Assembly: GCA_963804645.1 (NCBI GenBank)
Contig: CAWDRG010000017.1
Span: forward strand, 288,001-352,000
Direction of reading: 5' to 3'
From: an uncultured Bacillota bacterium
Lineage (GTDB): Bacteria; Sysuimicrobiota; Sysuimicrobiia; Sysuimicrobiales; Segetimicrobiaceae
DNA: 64,000 nucleotides
In this document: positions 38,668 to 49,097 of the stretch, piece by piece
How positions within the stretch are numbered: position 1 is the stretch's first letter
Layout of the letters: each line of letters opens with the position of its first letter
Program-made: the position numbers and the translations under genes
The notes under the pieces: generated by a model
What the model was told of the DNA's origin: nothing
Database searches by the model: none
The model's input: the letters and a program-made list of their open reading frames with translations, nothing else

Positions 38668-39179
38668 CGGGTGAACGAGATGTCGCCGCGGCCGCGGATC
38701 GGCTGGATGAACGTCCCTTCCTCACTTGGCGGGATCGGGAACGGCGTGCGGCCAGCTACGTCGCCACGACTCCACTCGTGCACCGTCTCGCGGAGGACCA
38801 CGCCCCAGCGTCCGTTCCGGCGCTCCCACCGATCCACGTACCGGCCGGCGAAGACGTCGATGACCTCCCGGCCATCCTGACTCCGGCCCGCGTACGTCAT
38901 AAAGTACGCCTCCGAGAACGCTTTGTCCCCGACGACATCGATCGACAGGTTGCCCATGAAATGCGTGGTGAACGTGGTCGCTTCCTTATTCGCTGGAATG
39001 AAATGCGCGACGAACTCCCAGGCCGGTGCCTTGAAGGCGCGTGCGTCCTTGTGGAAGATCGAGCGCATGAGCTCTTCGTCGCAGCGGTCGACCCCGCGGC
39101 AATAGCGCATCAATGCATCGTGGATCTCCTGCTTGTCGAGGAGGATCCGCAGCTCAGGAGCGATCGGCAGGTCACCCAT
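38664..39179 (-). CDS. SnoaL/NTF2-like protein
   Basis: EIHDALMRYCRGVDRCD, THFMGN, GRYVDRWERRNGRW. Confidence 0.85.
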   Translation of the reverse strand: MGDLPIAPELRILLDKQEIHDALMRYCRGVDRCDEELMRSIFHKDARAFKAPAWEFVAHFIPANKEATTFTTHFMGNLSIDVVGDKAFSEAYFMTYAGRSQDGREVIDVFAGRYVDRWERRNGRWGVVLRETVHEWSRGDVAGRTPFPIPPSEEGTFIQPIRGRGDISFTR

Positions 39180-39229
39180 CGCGTCGTCCCTTCAGGCCCC
39201 GGCTTCGTCGTCGCTGCCCATCGGTCGCG

Positions 39230-40357
39230 TTAGGCATGCTTGAGCGCGCGGGCGATGTCTCGAGCCTCGTAGCCGAACTCGCGGAACATTCCGCTGATGT
39301 TGTTCTTGAAGCCGACGAAATACAAGCGTGGCGCGTTCGGTGCCGCCTCGCCGCCATACACGATCGGCCGGCCGCGTTCGTTGAGAATGTCGAGATGGCC
39401 AACGAGCGGCTCGAGGCCGCGGCGGTAGCCAACGCAGGCGATCACTGCGTCAGGCGCGAGACGGCTGCCGTCCGCAAGGACGACCTCCCCGCCCTCGATA
39501 CGCTCGACCGCTGGAACCGGCGTGATCCTCCGCTGCTTGACGAGCGGAATCATCCCGACATCGATGACTGGGATGACATCATCGCGGATCATCTGCGTGA
39601 CCACGCCACGGGGGGAGGGCGGCAACCCGTACTCGGACAGGTCGTGCAAGCCGCCCTTGCGTTGTAAGAACGCCATCAACCGATCGCCGAATTCCGTGGA
39701 CGCCCCGAAGGACCGCAGCAGGATGCCGAGCAGCGGCGGCGGGATGGGACCGTCGCGTGTTGTCAGGTTCGGCGGTGTGCGATACGAAAGCCAGACCTTA
39801 CCGGCACCACCTTCGACCAGATCGACGGCGATCTCGGCTCCGGTGTTGCCGATGCCCACCACCAGCACATCGCGGCCCCGATATGGGGCGCCGTTCTTGT
39901 AGCGCGCACCGAGCGTGATGTTCCCTGGAAACTGGTCAAGTCCAGGCCAGGTCGGCTCGACCGGCACTCGGTTGTAGCCGGTCGCGACCACCACAGCCCA
40001 CGCGTCGAACGGGCCCGCCGACGTCTCGAGGCGCCAGCCGTCCGGCGTACGATCCACTCGCCGCACCTCAACACCCGTCCGGACGTCCAATCCGTGATGG
40101 GCGACGTATCGCTCCAAGTGCGCAACCACGCCGTCGCGCGAGACCCACTTCCCCTCGCTGCGCGGGAATCGGAGCCCGGGCAGATTCGACAGCCAGCGGA
40201 TCGTGTGCAGATGAAGCCGGTCGTACTGACCGCGCCAGAACTCGCCGACCCTGCCCCGTTCGAAGACCACGGGCTGGTACCCGCGCCGCTTGAGCACCGC
40301 GGCAGCGGAGAGCCCCCCGGGTCCGGCGCCGATCACTGCGACTACCCGCTTAACCAC
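39230..40357 (-). CDS. Flavin-containing monooxygenase (FMO/YUCCA-like)
   Basis: GAGPGG, W...YDRLHLHT, ATG, GIGNTG.EIA; FMO fingerprint degenerate (FPGNITLGARY). Confidence 0.85.
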   Translation of the reverse strand: MVKRVVAVIGAGPGGLSAAAVLKRRGYQPVVFERGRVGEFWRGQYDRLHLHTIRWLSNLPGLRFPRSEGKWVSRDGVVAHLERYVAHHGLDVRTGVEVRRVDRTPDGWRLETSAGPFDAWAVVVATGYNRVPVEPTWPGLDQFPGNITLGARYKNGAPYRGRDVLVVGIGNTGAEIAVDLVEGGAGKVWLSYRTPPNLTTRDGPIPPPLLGILLRSFGASTEFGDRLMAFLQRKGGLHDLSEYGLPPSPRGVVTQMIRDDVIPVIDVGMIPLVKQRRITPVPAVERIEGGEVVLADGSRLAPDAVIACVGYRRGLEPLVGHLDILNERGRPIVYGGEAAPNAPRLYFVGFKNNISGMFREFGYEARDIARALKHA

Positions 40358-41156
40358 GGCGGCGAGGCACCCATCTGAATCCGCTTCCCGACCGCTCGAC
40401 GCGCGCTGGAGCCTGACCCGGGATATGGGTCGCCAACACATCGACGCCGCGGTCGGCGAATTCGTTTAGCAGCCGGCGCCGCGTTTCGAGCCCGAGAGCT
40501 TGGTCGATGTCCGGAACGACGGCTTGGGGCCGCTCGACGAGCTCGATCGCGTGAATGAGGTCGGCCGCGAAGACGAGCGGCTCGCGGCCGTCAACCTCCA
40601 CGACCGAGTGCCCCGGTGTATGCCCGGGCGCGGGCCGCAGGCGAACGCCCGGAGCGACCTCGACGTCGTCCGCGACGGCGACCAGCACGGGCGCGAGTGC
40701 CGCGACCGCGACGGGGCCGCCTTCGTTGATACGGCCAGACCCTCCGCCCCGGGACCACTCAACCTCGACGGCAGAGGCGACGACACGAGCGTTGGGGAAC
40801 GCCGGGGTGAGATCGTCCGGCCATGAACCGTGGAGCGCTCCGCCGACGTGATCCCCGTGGAGATGGGTCAGTATGACCAGATCGATATCGGTCGGCTTCA
40901 CGCGATGCGCGCGCAGCGCCGCGTCCAGATCCATCTGCAAGCCGTCGATGAGATGGGCCATCACGCCGGTTCCCGTGTCGACGATGATCGTCTGCCCGCG
41001 CCGCTGGAGCAGGAGCGCATTGACCGCGACGCGGATCCTCACGCCCGGGTCGGCGTCCACGACGAATGCACTCAGCGGGGCTTCGAACTGCTTGAGCTCG
41101 AGGACGGTCACAGCCCAGTTGCCGTCGTCCGCGGCTCTCGGCAATTGGCGTCTCAT
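40350..41156 (-). CDS. Metallo-beta-lactamase fold hydrolase (lactonase/phosphotriesterase-like)
   Basis: VDTG, THLHGDHVGG, PGHTPGH, ADL.H, TH. Confidence 0.9.
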   Translation of the reverse strand: MRRQLPRAADDGNWAVTVLELKQFEAPLSAFVVDADPGVRIRVAVNALLLQRRGQTIIVDTGTGVMAHLIDGLQMDLDAALRAHRVKPTDIDLVILTHLHGDHVGGALHGSWPDDLTPAFPNARVVASAVEVEWSRGGGSGRINEGGPVAVAALAPVLVAVADDVEVAPGVRLRPAPGHTPGHSVVEVDGREPLVFAADLIHAIELVERPQAVVPDIDQALGLETRRRLLNEFADRGVDVLATHIPGQAPARVERSGSGFRWVPRRRG

Positions 41157-42091
41157 GCAGCCACCCGCCGCCACTTTCGGAGACTGATTTCCTCGCTCGC
41201 GGGAACGGGGAGACCGAGCTGGCCGGTGGACCACGTTCGGCGTGCCTCGGCGACATAGAGATCGCCCTTCGAATCGAGCGCGAGTCCGTGTGGTGCGAGG
41301 AACTGGTCGGGCGCGTCGCCGGGAAGCGTCGACCCGATCCGGGCGACGGTCTCGCCGTGATCGTTGACCACGATCACCCGATTCCCGAGATTCGGCAGGC
41401 CGTGCTGGGACGGAGCGGGACCAAGCTCCGCCACGAAGAACAGTCCGTCTTGGGGCGAGCGGGTGATGGCCAGCGGTCTGAACGCGTGCCACTGCTCAAC
41501 GAACTTTCCGTCCAGGGTGAAGATCTGGAGCCGGAAATTCTCACGGTCGCAGACGATGACATGATCAGCGTCCAGGAAAGTGATCCCGTGGGGCACGGAG
41601 AATTGGCCAGGGTACCCGCCTGACTCGCCCCACGACAGGATGTGCTCGCCTCCCGGGCTGAACCGGTGCACGCGTGCATTGCCGTATCCGTCCGTGACGA
41701 ACAGCTCGCGCGTCACCGGATGCACGGCCACGTCGGTCGGCCCGTTGAAATACCGCCCGCTGTGTCGTTCGGCTGGCTGACCGAAGGTGCCGATCTGCAT
41801 CAGCAACTCGCCGCTCTTCGTCCGCTTCTGCACGACGTGGCCGAGGCGGCTGTCGACGAGATGGAGGTTGTCATCAGCATCAATCGTGATGGCGTGGGGG
41901 TTCTGGAACTCGCCATCGCCCCATCCACCCAGGAGGGTCCCGTCGGTTCGAAAGACCAGCATCGGCCGAGGGCCGCGATTGAACACGTACACCCGGTCCG
42001 CTGAGTCGACCGCGACGGAATTCGCGTCACCGCTGAAGCTCACGCCAGCCGGCACGCTCCCCCACTCCGCTGACGGTTCATACCGCAGCAT
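41153..42091 (-). CDS. NHL-repeat protein, peptidyl-alpha-hydroxyglycine alpha-amidating lyase-like
   Basis: VYVFNRG, FNGPTDVA, DGYGNARVH, GQFSVPH, DRENFRLQIF, PHGLALDSKGDLYVAE. Confidence 0.85.
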   Translation of the reverse strand: MLRYEPSAEWGSVPAGVSFSGDANSVAVDSADRVYVFNRGPRPMLVFRTDGTLLGGWGDGEFQNPHAITIDADDNLHLVDSRLGHVVQKRTKSGELLMQIGTFGQPAERHSGRYFNGPTDVAVHPVTRELFVTDGYGNARVHRFSPGGEHILSWGESGGYPGQFSVPHGITFLDADHVIVCDRENFRLQIFTLDGKFVEQWHAFRPLAITRSPQDGLFFVAELGPAPSQHGLPNLGNRVIVVNDHGETVARIGSTLPGDAPDQFLAPHGLALDSKGDLYVAEARRTWSTGQLGLPVPASEEISLRKWRRVAA

Positions 42092-42145
42092 TGCCCCTCC
42101 CGTGCGGTACCGACCACGGCCGATCCCGTCGCAACGCGCTTGGCC

Positions 42146-43309
42146 CTAGTTTCCCTTGCAGAAGGCCGTGTTCGCCACCGCGGCCGTGCAGATCTTGTCC
42201 TTTGTCAGGAACCCGTCGTCCACGATTGTCTGTTGCATGTTCGCCGCGGTGACGAGCGTTTCCGTCGCAAGGTAAGTGGGCACGCCCTCGGGGTAGTACG
42301 CATTGAGGAACCTCGCGTTGATGTAGCCCGTGCTCTGCGGCGTCTTCCCCTGGATCGCCGCGATGACGAGCGCGACGGTCGCGAGCGCCGTCTGCCTGCC
42401 GTCCGGGTGGAACGTGCCGTATTGGTACCCGAGCAGGATCCGCTGGAGCGCAAGGACGTCACCGTCGTGCCCGCCGTAGAACTTCACCTTGCCGAGCAGG
42501 TTTTGACTCGCCAGCGAGGCGGCGACGCCATTTCCCGTGCTGTCCTGCATCACTAGGACGGCGTCGACGTTGCCGCCGTTCGTCGTCAGACACTGGTCCA
42601 TCTCGGCCTGTGCGGACGCCGGGACGAACCCCTTCGTGTCCGTCTTGCACACGATCTGCACCTGCCCACTGCTGACCAATGCATTCAGTGCCGGGCTGAT
42701 GCCATTGGTCCAGCGGTTGTACACCTCGAAGGTCGGGTCCCCGAGGATCTCCGCGAGCCGGACCGGTTTGTGCCCCACATCCGCCGTCAGGTGCGCCGTG
42801 AGGTAGTCCCCCCAGAACTTCCCGACGCCCTCGAAGTCGACCCATACGTAGCTGTTGACTGGCCCGCCGATCGGGTCCTGGCGCAGTGCAATGACCGGGA
42901 TCTTGGCATCGGCGAACTCCTTGAGCGCGCCGCCGGCGGCCGTGGGCACGACGGGGCTGTAGACGACGGCCATCGCCTTGGCCGTGATGGCGGCCTCGAC
43001 CTGTGTTTGCTGCAGCGCCTGGTCGTTGTTGCCGACCTGCTGCACCAGCGTCACGCCCGGGAGGTACTGCTTGAACGCGGCCACCTCGGTGGGAATGGTG
43101 TAAAGTGGCCAGGCCGGCGTCGTCGTGTTCGGCCACAGCGCGTAGATCTTCCCGGTGATGTTGCGGTTCACAACCAGCGGCACCGGCGTCGTCGGACTCG
43201 TTCCCACGACGAGCTGCGGGCTCGTGGCGGGCGCGGCGCTCGAACTGTAGGCCGATGCGATGACCGCGGCGATTGCCACCAGCGCGAGCGCGATCTTCTG
43301 CCTGTTCAT
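42146..43309 (-). CDS. Sugar ABC substrate-binding protein (XylF-like)
   Basis: Signal peptide, QQTQVEAAI, GDPT, AQAEMDQ, GGHDG...LQRIL.G.Q.GT. Confidence 0.8.
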   Translation of the reverse strand: MNRQKIALALVAIAAVIASAYSSSAAPATSPQLVVGTSPTTPVPLVVNRNITGKIYALWPNTTTPAWPLYTIPTEVAAFKQYLPGVTLVQQVGNNDQALQQTQVEAAITAKAMAVVYSPVVPTAAGGALKEFADAKIPVIALRQDPIGGPVNSYVWVDFEGVGKFWGDYLTAHLTADVGHKPVRLAEILGDPTFEVYNRWTNGISPALNALVSSGQVQIVCKTDTKGFVPASAQAEMDQCLTTNGGNVDAVLVMQDSTGNGVAASLASQNLLGKVKFYGGHDGDVLALQRILLGYQYGTFHPDGRQTALATVALVIAAIQGKTPQSTGYINARFLNAYYPEGVPTYLATETLVTAANMQQTIVDDGFLTKDKICTAAVANTAFCKGN

Positions 43310-43725
43310 GGCCCGACCTCCTTCGGTTCTGATGGACCCTCGCGGATTGGCTGGCGGCTGCGCAATTCCGCTTTCCGCGTACCAACCGCTACTATGGACC
43401 CGGCGCGACCAGCGCGCCTTCATTCGCCTGCATCACGAGCGGTTCCTACCCCATCCTTAGCCGTGGCGGAAAGCCTTGTCGGAGGCCTACTTTGGCGATT
43501 CACCCCGCTTGCCGGTTTTACCGAATGAACCTTTTTATATTTCTGAGCGAACGAGGCCGAGCATCTGATGGCCCGCGCGGATAAATCCCTAAACAAGGGC
43601 GGAGACGATGAAACTAGTGGCACCAGTGACGAAAAAACGCATCCCCTAAACTCCTTTTCAAAGTGACATTCCGCACTCAATATGCCGCTGCGCGTTCATG
43701 ACGTAAATCCACAAAAGTCCAAATT

Positions 43726-43769
43726 TATTGCCTAATAGTCCAGGAAAAGCCATATTGCCCAATAGTCCA
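43726..43769. promoter_or_regulatory. 17-bp direct repeat TATTGCC(T/C)AATAGTCCA x2, putative AraC-family operator
   Basis: Copies at 43726-43742 and 43753-43769 (one mismatch) in the AT-rich divergent region before the AraC gene. Confidence 0.55.
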
Positions 43770-43805
43770 CAACGCTCTATGATGACGATGGTCCTAATTT
43801 GAGAG

Positions 43806-44750
43806 GTGTCATGTTTGAATGACTTTCGCTCTGATCTTGCAAAAATAATCAATCGCTTCTCCCTTGGGGACGGGGCACATGAATCGCCCCTCCCTGGCAC
43901 ATATTGCTTGAAAGTATCTCGCCCCGGTCATCGCACGAGAGAAGTTTGGCGCGCATCATTATGTATCGTCGCTCAGGGATCTAAGGAAATCGTTCTGGGC
44001 CGCGAAGTCTACCGATGGGATCGGACTCATTACATTGCTACTGCGATTGATTTGCCGGTCACCAGTCGCGTCTCTTCGGCAACACCAGAGAAGCCGTTTT
44101 TATGCCTCAAAATCGATTTCAATTCGCTGACGCTAAGTGAGTTGGCTGCTCAGTTAGAAACGGACCCGAAGGAAACGGACAATCCTCTGCGCGCGGTGTT
44201 CATCGGAAAAACGAGTGATCAAATGCTCGAGGCTGCGATTCGCTTGGGGAAGCTTTTTCACGTTCCCGAGGACGCATCCGTGCTCGGGCCGTTAGTGATC
44301 AAAGAAATCCTCTACCATCTCTTGAAGGGAGCAGACGGACCGGCGATCCGGCAGTTCGTTCGCTCCGGAAGCAAAATGCACAAAATCGCTCAGGCAATTT
44401 ACAACTTAAGATCCGAACTCAGTGAAGATGTCGATGTGACCTCTTTAGCGAAAGCTGCGAAGATGAGCCGCGCTGCTTTCTTTGAACACTTTAAAAAGGT
44501 AACGGCAATGAGCCCAATTCAATATCAGAAACGCCTCCGTTTGCTGGAGGCAAGGCGTCTCCTGATACATGAAGGTGAAACAGCGGAAGGAGCAGCGTTT
44601 AAGGTCGGGTACAACAGTGCATCACAATTCAGTCGAGAGTATTCTCGAATGTTCGGAAGCTCTCCCTTGAGAGATGCGCTAAGATTTAAGAGGACTGGTG
44701 ATGCTCCTTCAAAGGTATTTGGACCTACATTCCGCACTTCCGTTCGATGA
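43806..44750 (+). CDS. AraC-family transcriptional regulator (YqhC-like N-terminal domain)
   Basis: CIVAQGSK, LAKAAKMS...HFKKVTAMSPIQYQKRLRLLEARRLL, VGYNSASQFSREYSRMFG. Start uncertain (GTG 43806 or TTG 43815). Confidence 0.92.
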   Translation: MSCLNDFRSDLAKIINRFSLGDGAHESPLPGTYCLKVSRPGHRTREVWRASLCIVAQGSKEIVLGREVYRWDRTHYIATAIDLPVTSRVSSATPEKPFLCLKIDFNSLTLSELAAQLETDPKETDNPLRAVFIGKTSDQMLEAAIRLGKLFHVPEDASVLGPLVIKEILYHLLKGADGPAIRQFVRSGSKMHKIAQAIYNLRSELSEDVDVTSLAKAAKMSRAAFFEHFKKVTAMSPIQYQKRLRLLEARRLLIHEGETAEGAAFKVGYNSASQFSREYSRMFGSSPLRDALRFKRTGDAPSKVFGPTFRTSVR

Positions 44751-44953
44751 TCCAGGGCTGTGTACTGCGCGCGACGATGGTCAGATGCCCTGAGTCATTG
44801 ATCCGGAACCAGACGAGGCACCTTCGTCCCGAGCACGCGACCGATGTATGGTCGTCCCAAACCCGATGCCCGCTTTGCCGGCCGGTCGAACGCGCGGCGG
44901 CATCGCGCGATCTCCCCTACCGCATCGACGGTCGCGGCGGGCGCGACCAGCGG

Positions 44954-45601
44954 TCAGGCGCTCGGAAACAGCCGGTGCAGCTCGGCGACCTGCGCCGCCG
45001 TCAGGTACCGGGTCGCGTACCCTCGCAGCACGAAGAACAGCTTCGCGGTCTCCTCGAGTTCCTCGGCCGCGTACACCGCCTCGTCCAGGGACGGCGCGGA
45101 GACGACCGACCCGTGGTTGGCGAGGAGTACGGCGCGGTGCCCGTCCATGGCGGACTCGACGGCCTGCGCGAGCCCGCGGTCGCCCGGCGGATAGTAGGGC
45201 ACCAGCGGCAGCGTGCCGACGCGCATGATGTAGTAGGGCGTGATCGGCGGCAGCACGTCGGCCGGGTCTCTCTCCGCGAGGCAGGACAGTGCCACCGCGG
45301 AGGGCGAGTGGAGGTGCACCACGGCCCCGGCCGACGGACGCGCTCGGTACACCGAGAGATGGAGCACCGCCTCCTTGGAAGGCGGATCGCCGGACACCAG
45401 TTGGCCGTGCATGTCAAGCTTGGAGAGCGTTGTGGGGTCGAGCCGACCGAGACACGAGTTCGTCGGCGTGACGAGGTACCCGTCGCCGACCCGAACGCTC
45501 AGATTGCCGGAGCTGCCGGGCGCCAACCCGCGTCCGTAGAGGACCGCGCCCACCTGCGCGAGCTGCTGCCGCACCGCGTGTTCGCTGACGAGGGTCGTCA
45601 T
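44954..45601 (-). CDS. otnC: 3-oxo-tetronate 4-phosphate decarboxylase (class II aldolase family)
   Basis: GSSGNLSVR, TPTNSCLG, PSKE..LH, VHLHS, LPPITPYY.MRVG, LLANHG; coupled to otnK. Confidence 0.85.
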   Translation of the reverse strand: MTTLVSEHAVRQQLAQVGAVLYGRGLAPGSSGNLSVRVGDGYLVTPTNSCLGRLDPTTLSKLDMHGQLVSGDPPSKEAVLHLSVYRARPSAGAVVHLHSPSAVALSCLAERDPADVLPPITPYYIMRVGTLPLVPYYPPGDRGLAQAVESAMDGHRAVLLANHGSVVSAPSLDEAVYAAEELEETAKLFFVLRGYATRYLTAAQVAELHRLFPSA

Positions 45602-46857
45602 CTCATCGTCTCCAGCGCCCGCAGAAAAAACTCGGGCGACCCAAAGTTGCCGGACTTCAGCGCCAAAGCAAGGGGGTGCGCCGCGATGCTCAACGTCCAC
45701 GGGACCCCCGTCTCGATCGGCGGCCCGATGCGGAGGGCGTCGATCCCGAGCGCCTGGACCACCGCGCCGGCCGTCTCCCCTCCCGCCACGACCATGCGGC
45801 GGACACCCAGGCCAACGAGGCCCTCAGCGATCATGGCGAATGCGCGTTCCACGAGCATCCCGGCGCGTTCACGGCCAATCGCCGCCTGCACCCGGGCCAC
45901 GGTCTCGGGCAGGGCGGTCGAGTAGATCAGGATCGCTCCCTGCCCCACGTGCTCCTCCGCCCACCGGACCGCCTGGGCCGCGACATCGGCTCCGGCCGCG
46001 AGCGCCATCGGATCAATGGCAAACGACGGCCACAGTCCGCGCGCCGCCAACACCTGGGCCAGCGTCGCCGCAGAGCAGCTCCCGGCGAGCACGGCGGCGC
46101 GACCGCCGGGGGATTCCAGCGCGGTGGCCGCCCCTTCGATGAGGTATCCCTGTCGGCGAAAATTGCGGGGCAGTGCTCTCGCCACCCCGGATCCCCCGGT
46201 GACGAGCCGCAGGTCGTCGCACGCCTCACCGATCGCATCCAGCATCGCGCCGTCGAGCGCGTCGACGACCGCGTACGCGGTCCCGGTGCGGCGCAACGAC
46301 TCTAGGACCCGGCGAATAGCGTCGGGGCCAGCGGCGACGGTCGCGTACGGGATTAGGCCCACCTTACGACGCGTCTGGCGCCCCATCACCCGCACCAGGT
46401 TGCTGTCGGTCATGGGCGTCAGCGGGTGGAACCGCATCGGCGAATCGGACAGGAGTGTCTCCCCGACAAACAGGTGCCCCTGGTACACGGTGCGCCCGTT
46501 CTCCGGAAACGCAGGACACACGACCGTCAGCGCCTCCTCGAGCGCGTCGAGCAGCGCGTCGGCGACGGGCCCGATGTTGCCAGCGTCGGTCGAGTCAAAC
46601 GTGGAACAGTACTTGAAGAAGTACTGACGCGCCCCCGCCGAGTCGAGCCAGCGCAGCGCTTCCAGCGACCGCGCCACCGCCTCGGTCGCCGGCGCGGTGC
46701 GCGTCTTCAGCGCGATCACGGCTGCATCCACATCCGGGGGCGGTGGCCCCGCCGGGGTGTTGATGAACTGGACCGTCCGCATGCCGCCGCGCGCAAGCGT
46801 GTCCGCGAGATCTGTCGCGCCCGTGAAGTCGTCGGCGATGCACCCCAGCAGGACCAC
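45598..46857 (-). CDS. otnK: 3-oxo-tetronate kinase (four-carbon acid sugar kinase)
   Basis: GCIADDFTGATD, FKYCSTFDST..GNIGPV, HPLTPMTDSNL, GSCS, VAGGET, LKSGNFG. Confidence 0.9.
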   Translation of the reverse strand: MVLLGCIADDFTGATDLADTLARGGMRTVQFINTPAGPPPPDVDAAVIALKTRTAPATEAVARSLEALRWLDSAGARQYFFKYCSTFDSTDAGNIGPVADALLDALEEALTVVCPAFPENGRTVYQGHLFVGETLLSDSPMRFHPLTPMTDSNLVRVMGRQTRRKVGLIPYATVAAGPDAIRRVLESLRRTGTAYAVVDALDGAMLDAIGEACDDLRLVTGGSGVARALPRNFRRQGYLIEGAATALESPGGRAAVLAGSCSAATLAQVLAARGLWPSFAIDPMALAAGADVAAQAVRWAEEHVGQGAILIYSTALPETVARVQAAIGRERAGMLVERAFAMIAEGLVGLGVRRMVVAGGETAGAVVQALGIDALRIGPPIETGVPWTLSIAAHPLALALKSGNFGSPEFFLRALETMR

Positions 46858-47003
46858 GGCGGCTTCTCGACCGCTAGGTCGCGCCCGCGCCTACCGATTG
46901 CGACGCGCGCGTCAGCGAGGGTCTCGGGCACGCCGGCGCGGGCACACCCGCGTGCCCCGCGAGTATCCAGCGCCGACCCCGGGAGGCCGCCGCCCCCACG
47001 TGT

Positions 47004-48185
47004 CTACCGTGCCGAGATTTCCGCATGGCTCCGCCCCACCGGGAAGACGTGTTCAATTACACCGTTGCGGATGCCGTAGATGTGTTCCTGCATGCTGATC
47101 ACGAGCGTCGCGTTGTTTGGCACGATCTCCAGCCGGTCCCCCACACGAAGCCGCTTGTCCGGGCCGATCGTCGGGTCCATGTAATGCACGCAGGCGCTCT
47201 CCGCGGCGAGACGGCCCATCCAGAGATCGGAACGGCCCTGCACCGCTCCGTAGCTCGGCATGCCGTTCCAAAACGCCCCCGGCAGTTCACGGAGTTGGAT
47301 GAGGGAGTCGGCGCCAAACGTCTTATAGCCCGCGTCGATCACGACGTACCGGGGATCGCTGGTGCTCATCACGCTGCACACGACTGCCGCGGCGCATGCG
47401 TCACGCGCGTTGACTTGCGCGCGCACGTGCCACATGTCGCCGACCGCGCAGTGCCCCGGGTGGATCTCTGTGATTTCGGAGAACAAGCCTTGTCGCAGCA
47501 ACGCGCAGGTATGACGCAGCGTCGGCGAGGAGCCGACGGAAACGTGCCGTGCGGGGAGGCCCGCGCTCGCGAACAGCCTCGCGGTCTCCGACATCATCGC
47601 CGCGACCTCTCGGGCGAGCACGGCCTGGCTCTCTAGGTTTGGCTGCCCGCCCGATTCGTGCGCGTAGACGCCCTCGAGCGCGATCCTGGGCAGGCGGGAG
47701 ACGCGCCGCGCCAAGTCGAGCGCGGGTTCTCCCGGACGAACGCCGAACCGGTCCCCACCCGTGTTGATCTTGAGCAGCACGGGGATCGTCGTGCCCGCGT
47801 CCTCTCCCACGCGGGAAATACCGAGCGCCTGCTCGAGCATGTCGACCAGCACCGTGACCTTCACGTCCGGCCGCTCGAGGAGCCGGCGAAGAATCCTCAG
47901 CTTCTGCTCGCCGTAGAACGGGTGGGCAACGACGATATCATTGATGCCCGCCTCGGCCATGCAGATCGCCCGGTCGACGGTACCGACCTCGATGCCGACG
48001 GCCCCGGCGGCGATCTGCATCTTGGCGATGTCGGGCGATTCGTGGATCTTCGTGTGGGGCCGCAACCGCACCCCGGCCTCGCGCGCGAGCTGTGACATCT
48101 CCGAGATGTTCGATTCGAGGACGTCCAGGTCCACAACGATGCTGGGCGTCGGAATGACCGCCTGCTCTACCAGTCCGGGCTTCAC
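47004..48185 (-). CDS. Fold-type III PLP enzyme (D-threonine aldolase / D-serine dehydratase-like)
   Basis: TPS.VVDL, LRPHTK (PLP Lys), G..RFGV, GSSPT, TEIHPG, DAGYK, VGDRLEIVPN. Confidence 0.85.
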   Translation of the reverse strand: MKPGLVEQAVIPTPSIVVDLDVLESNISEMSQLAREAGVRLRPHTKIHESPDIAKMQIAAGAVGIEVGTVDRAICMAEAGINDIVVAHPFYGEQKLRILRRLLERPDVKVTVLVDMLEQALGISRVGEDAGTTIPVLLKINTGGDRFGVRPGEPALDLARRVSRLPRIALEGVYAHESGGQPNLESQAVLAREVAAMMSETARLFASAGLPARHVSVGSSPTLRHTCALLRQGLFSEITEIHPGHCAVGDMWHVRAQVNARDACAAAVVCSVMSTSDPRYVVIDAGYKTFGADSLIQLRELPGAFWNGMPSYGAVQGRSDLWMGRLAAESACVHYMDPTIGPDKRLRVGDRLEIVPNNATLVISMQEHIYGIRNGVIEHVFPVGRSHAEISAR

Positions 48186-48281
48186 CGCTGCCCCTCCCTC
48201 ACCGTTGTGCCGTCCGAGCCCGACGCTTCGCCGACGCGGACGCGGTCCGGCCGCCGCACCGCGTCCGCGGCCGGGCGGCCG

Positions 48282-49058
48282 TCACTCGCGAATCCCCGCG
48301 AAGAGCAGACCGCCATCGATCCGCACCATGCACCCGGCCACGTACTGTGCGTCGCGCGAGGCGAGGAACGCCACGACCCCCGCGATGTCCTCAGGCGTTC
48401 CGAGCCGCCCCACGGGGATCCGCCGCACGCGTGCGGCGCGCGCGTCCTCGCTCAAGATGCCGTCCAGAAAGGGCGTGGCGATCGTCCCCGGCGCGATCCC
48501 GTTCACTCGGATGCCGACCGGCGCGAGCTCAAACGCCATGGCACGGGTGAGCGCCTCGATCCCGGCCTTGCTGGTCGCGTACACGGCCTGGGCGCTGTGC
48601 GCGATGTGCGCGGCGATGGAGCCCATATTGATGATGGTACCACCGCCGGACCGCACCATCCGGCGGGCTACCTCTTGGGAGGTAATGAACATCCCGGTCA
48701 GGTTCACCGCGAGGACGTTCTCCCAGGTCTCGTCGGTGAGGTCCAGAAACGGTTCGTGCACGCCGATCCCGGCGGTGTTGACGAGGATGGTAATCCTGCC
48801 CCACTCCGCGATGACGCGCTCCACCGCGGCCCGGACCTGCGGCCGGTACCGCACGTCGCACTGGACCGACAGCGCCCGGTGGCCGGCGCTGGTCAGCGCC
48901 GCAGCGGCGCGTTCGCCGGGTTCGGCATGGCGGTTCAGGATCGCCACCGCGGCGCCGTCGGCAGCGAGCCGCCGCGCGATCGCCTCCCCGATGGCCCCGC
49001 TGCCTCCCGTCACGACCGCAATCTCGCCCTCGAGCGTGCCCCTGCCACTCCCGCTCAT
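48282..49058 (-). CDS. Short-chain dehydrogenase/reductase
   Basis: TGGSGAIG, NTAG, YATSK, IRVNGIAPG. Confidence 0.93.
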   Translation of the reverse strand: MSGSGRGTLEGEIAVVTGGSGAIGEAIARRLAADGAAVAILNRHAEPGERAAAALTSAGHRALSVQCDVRYRPQVRAAVERVIAEWGRITILVNTAGIGVHEPFLDLTDETWENVLAVNLTGMFITSQEVARRMVRSGGGTIINMGSIAAHIAHSAQAVYATSKAGIEALTRAMAFELAPVGIRVNGIAPGTIATPFLDGILSEDARAARVRRIPVGRLGTPEDIAGVVAFLASRDAQYVAGCMVRIDGGLLFAGIRE

Positions 49059-49097
49059 TCGATGCCTCCTCTTGCCGTCCCGGGCCCGGACGGACGT

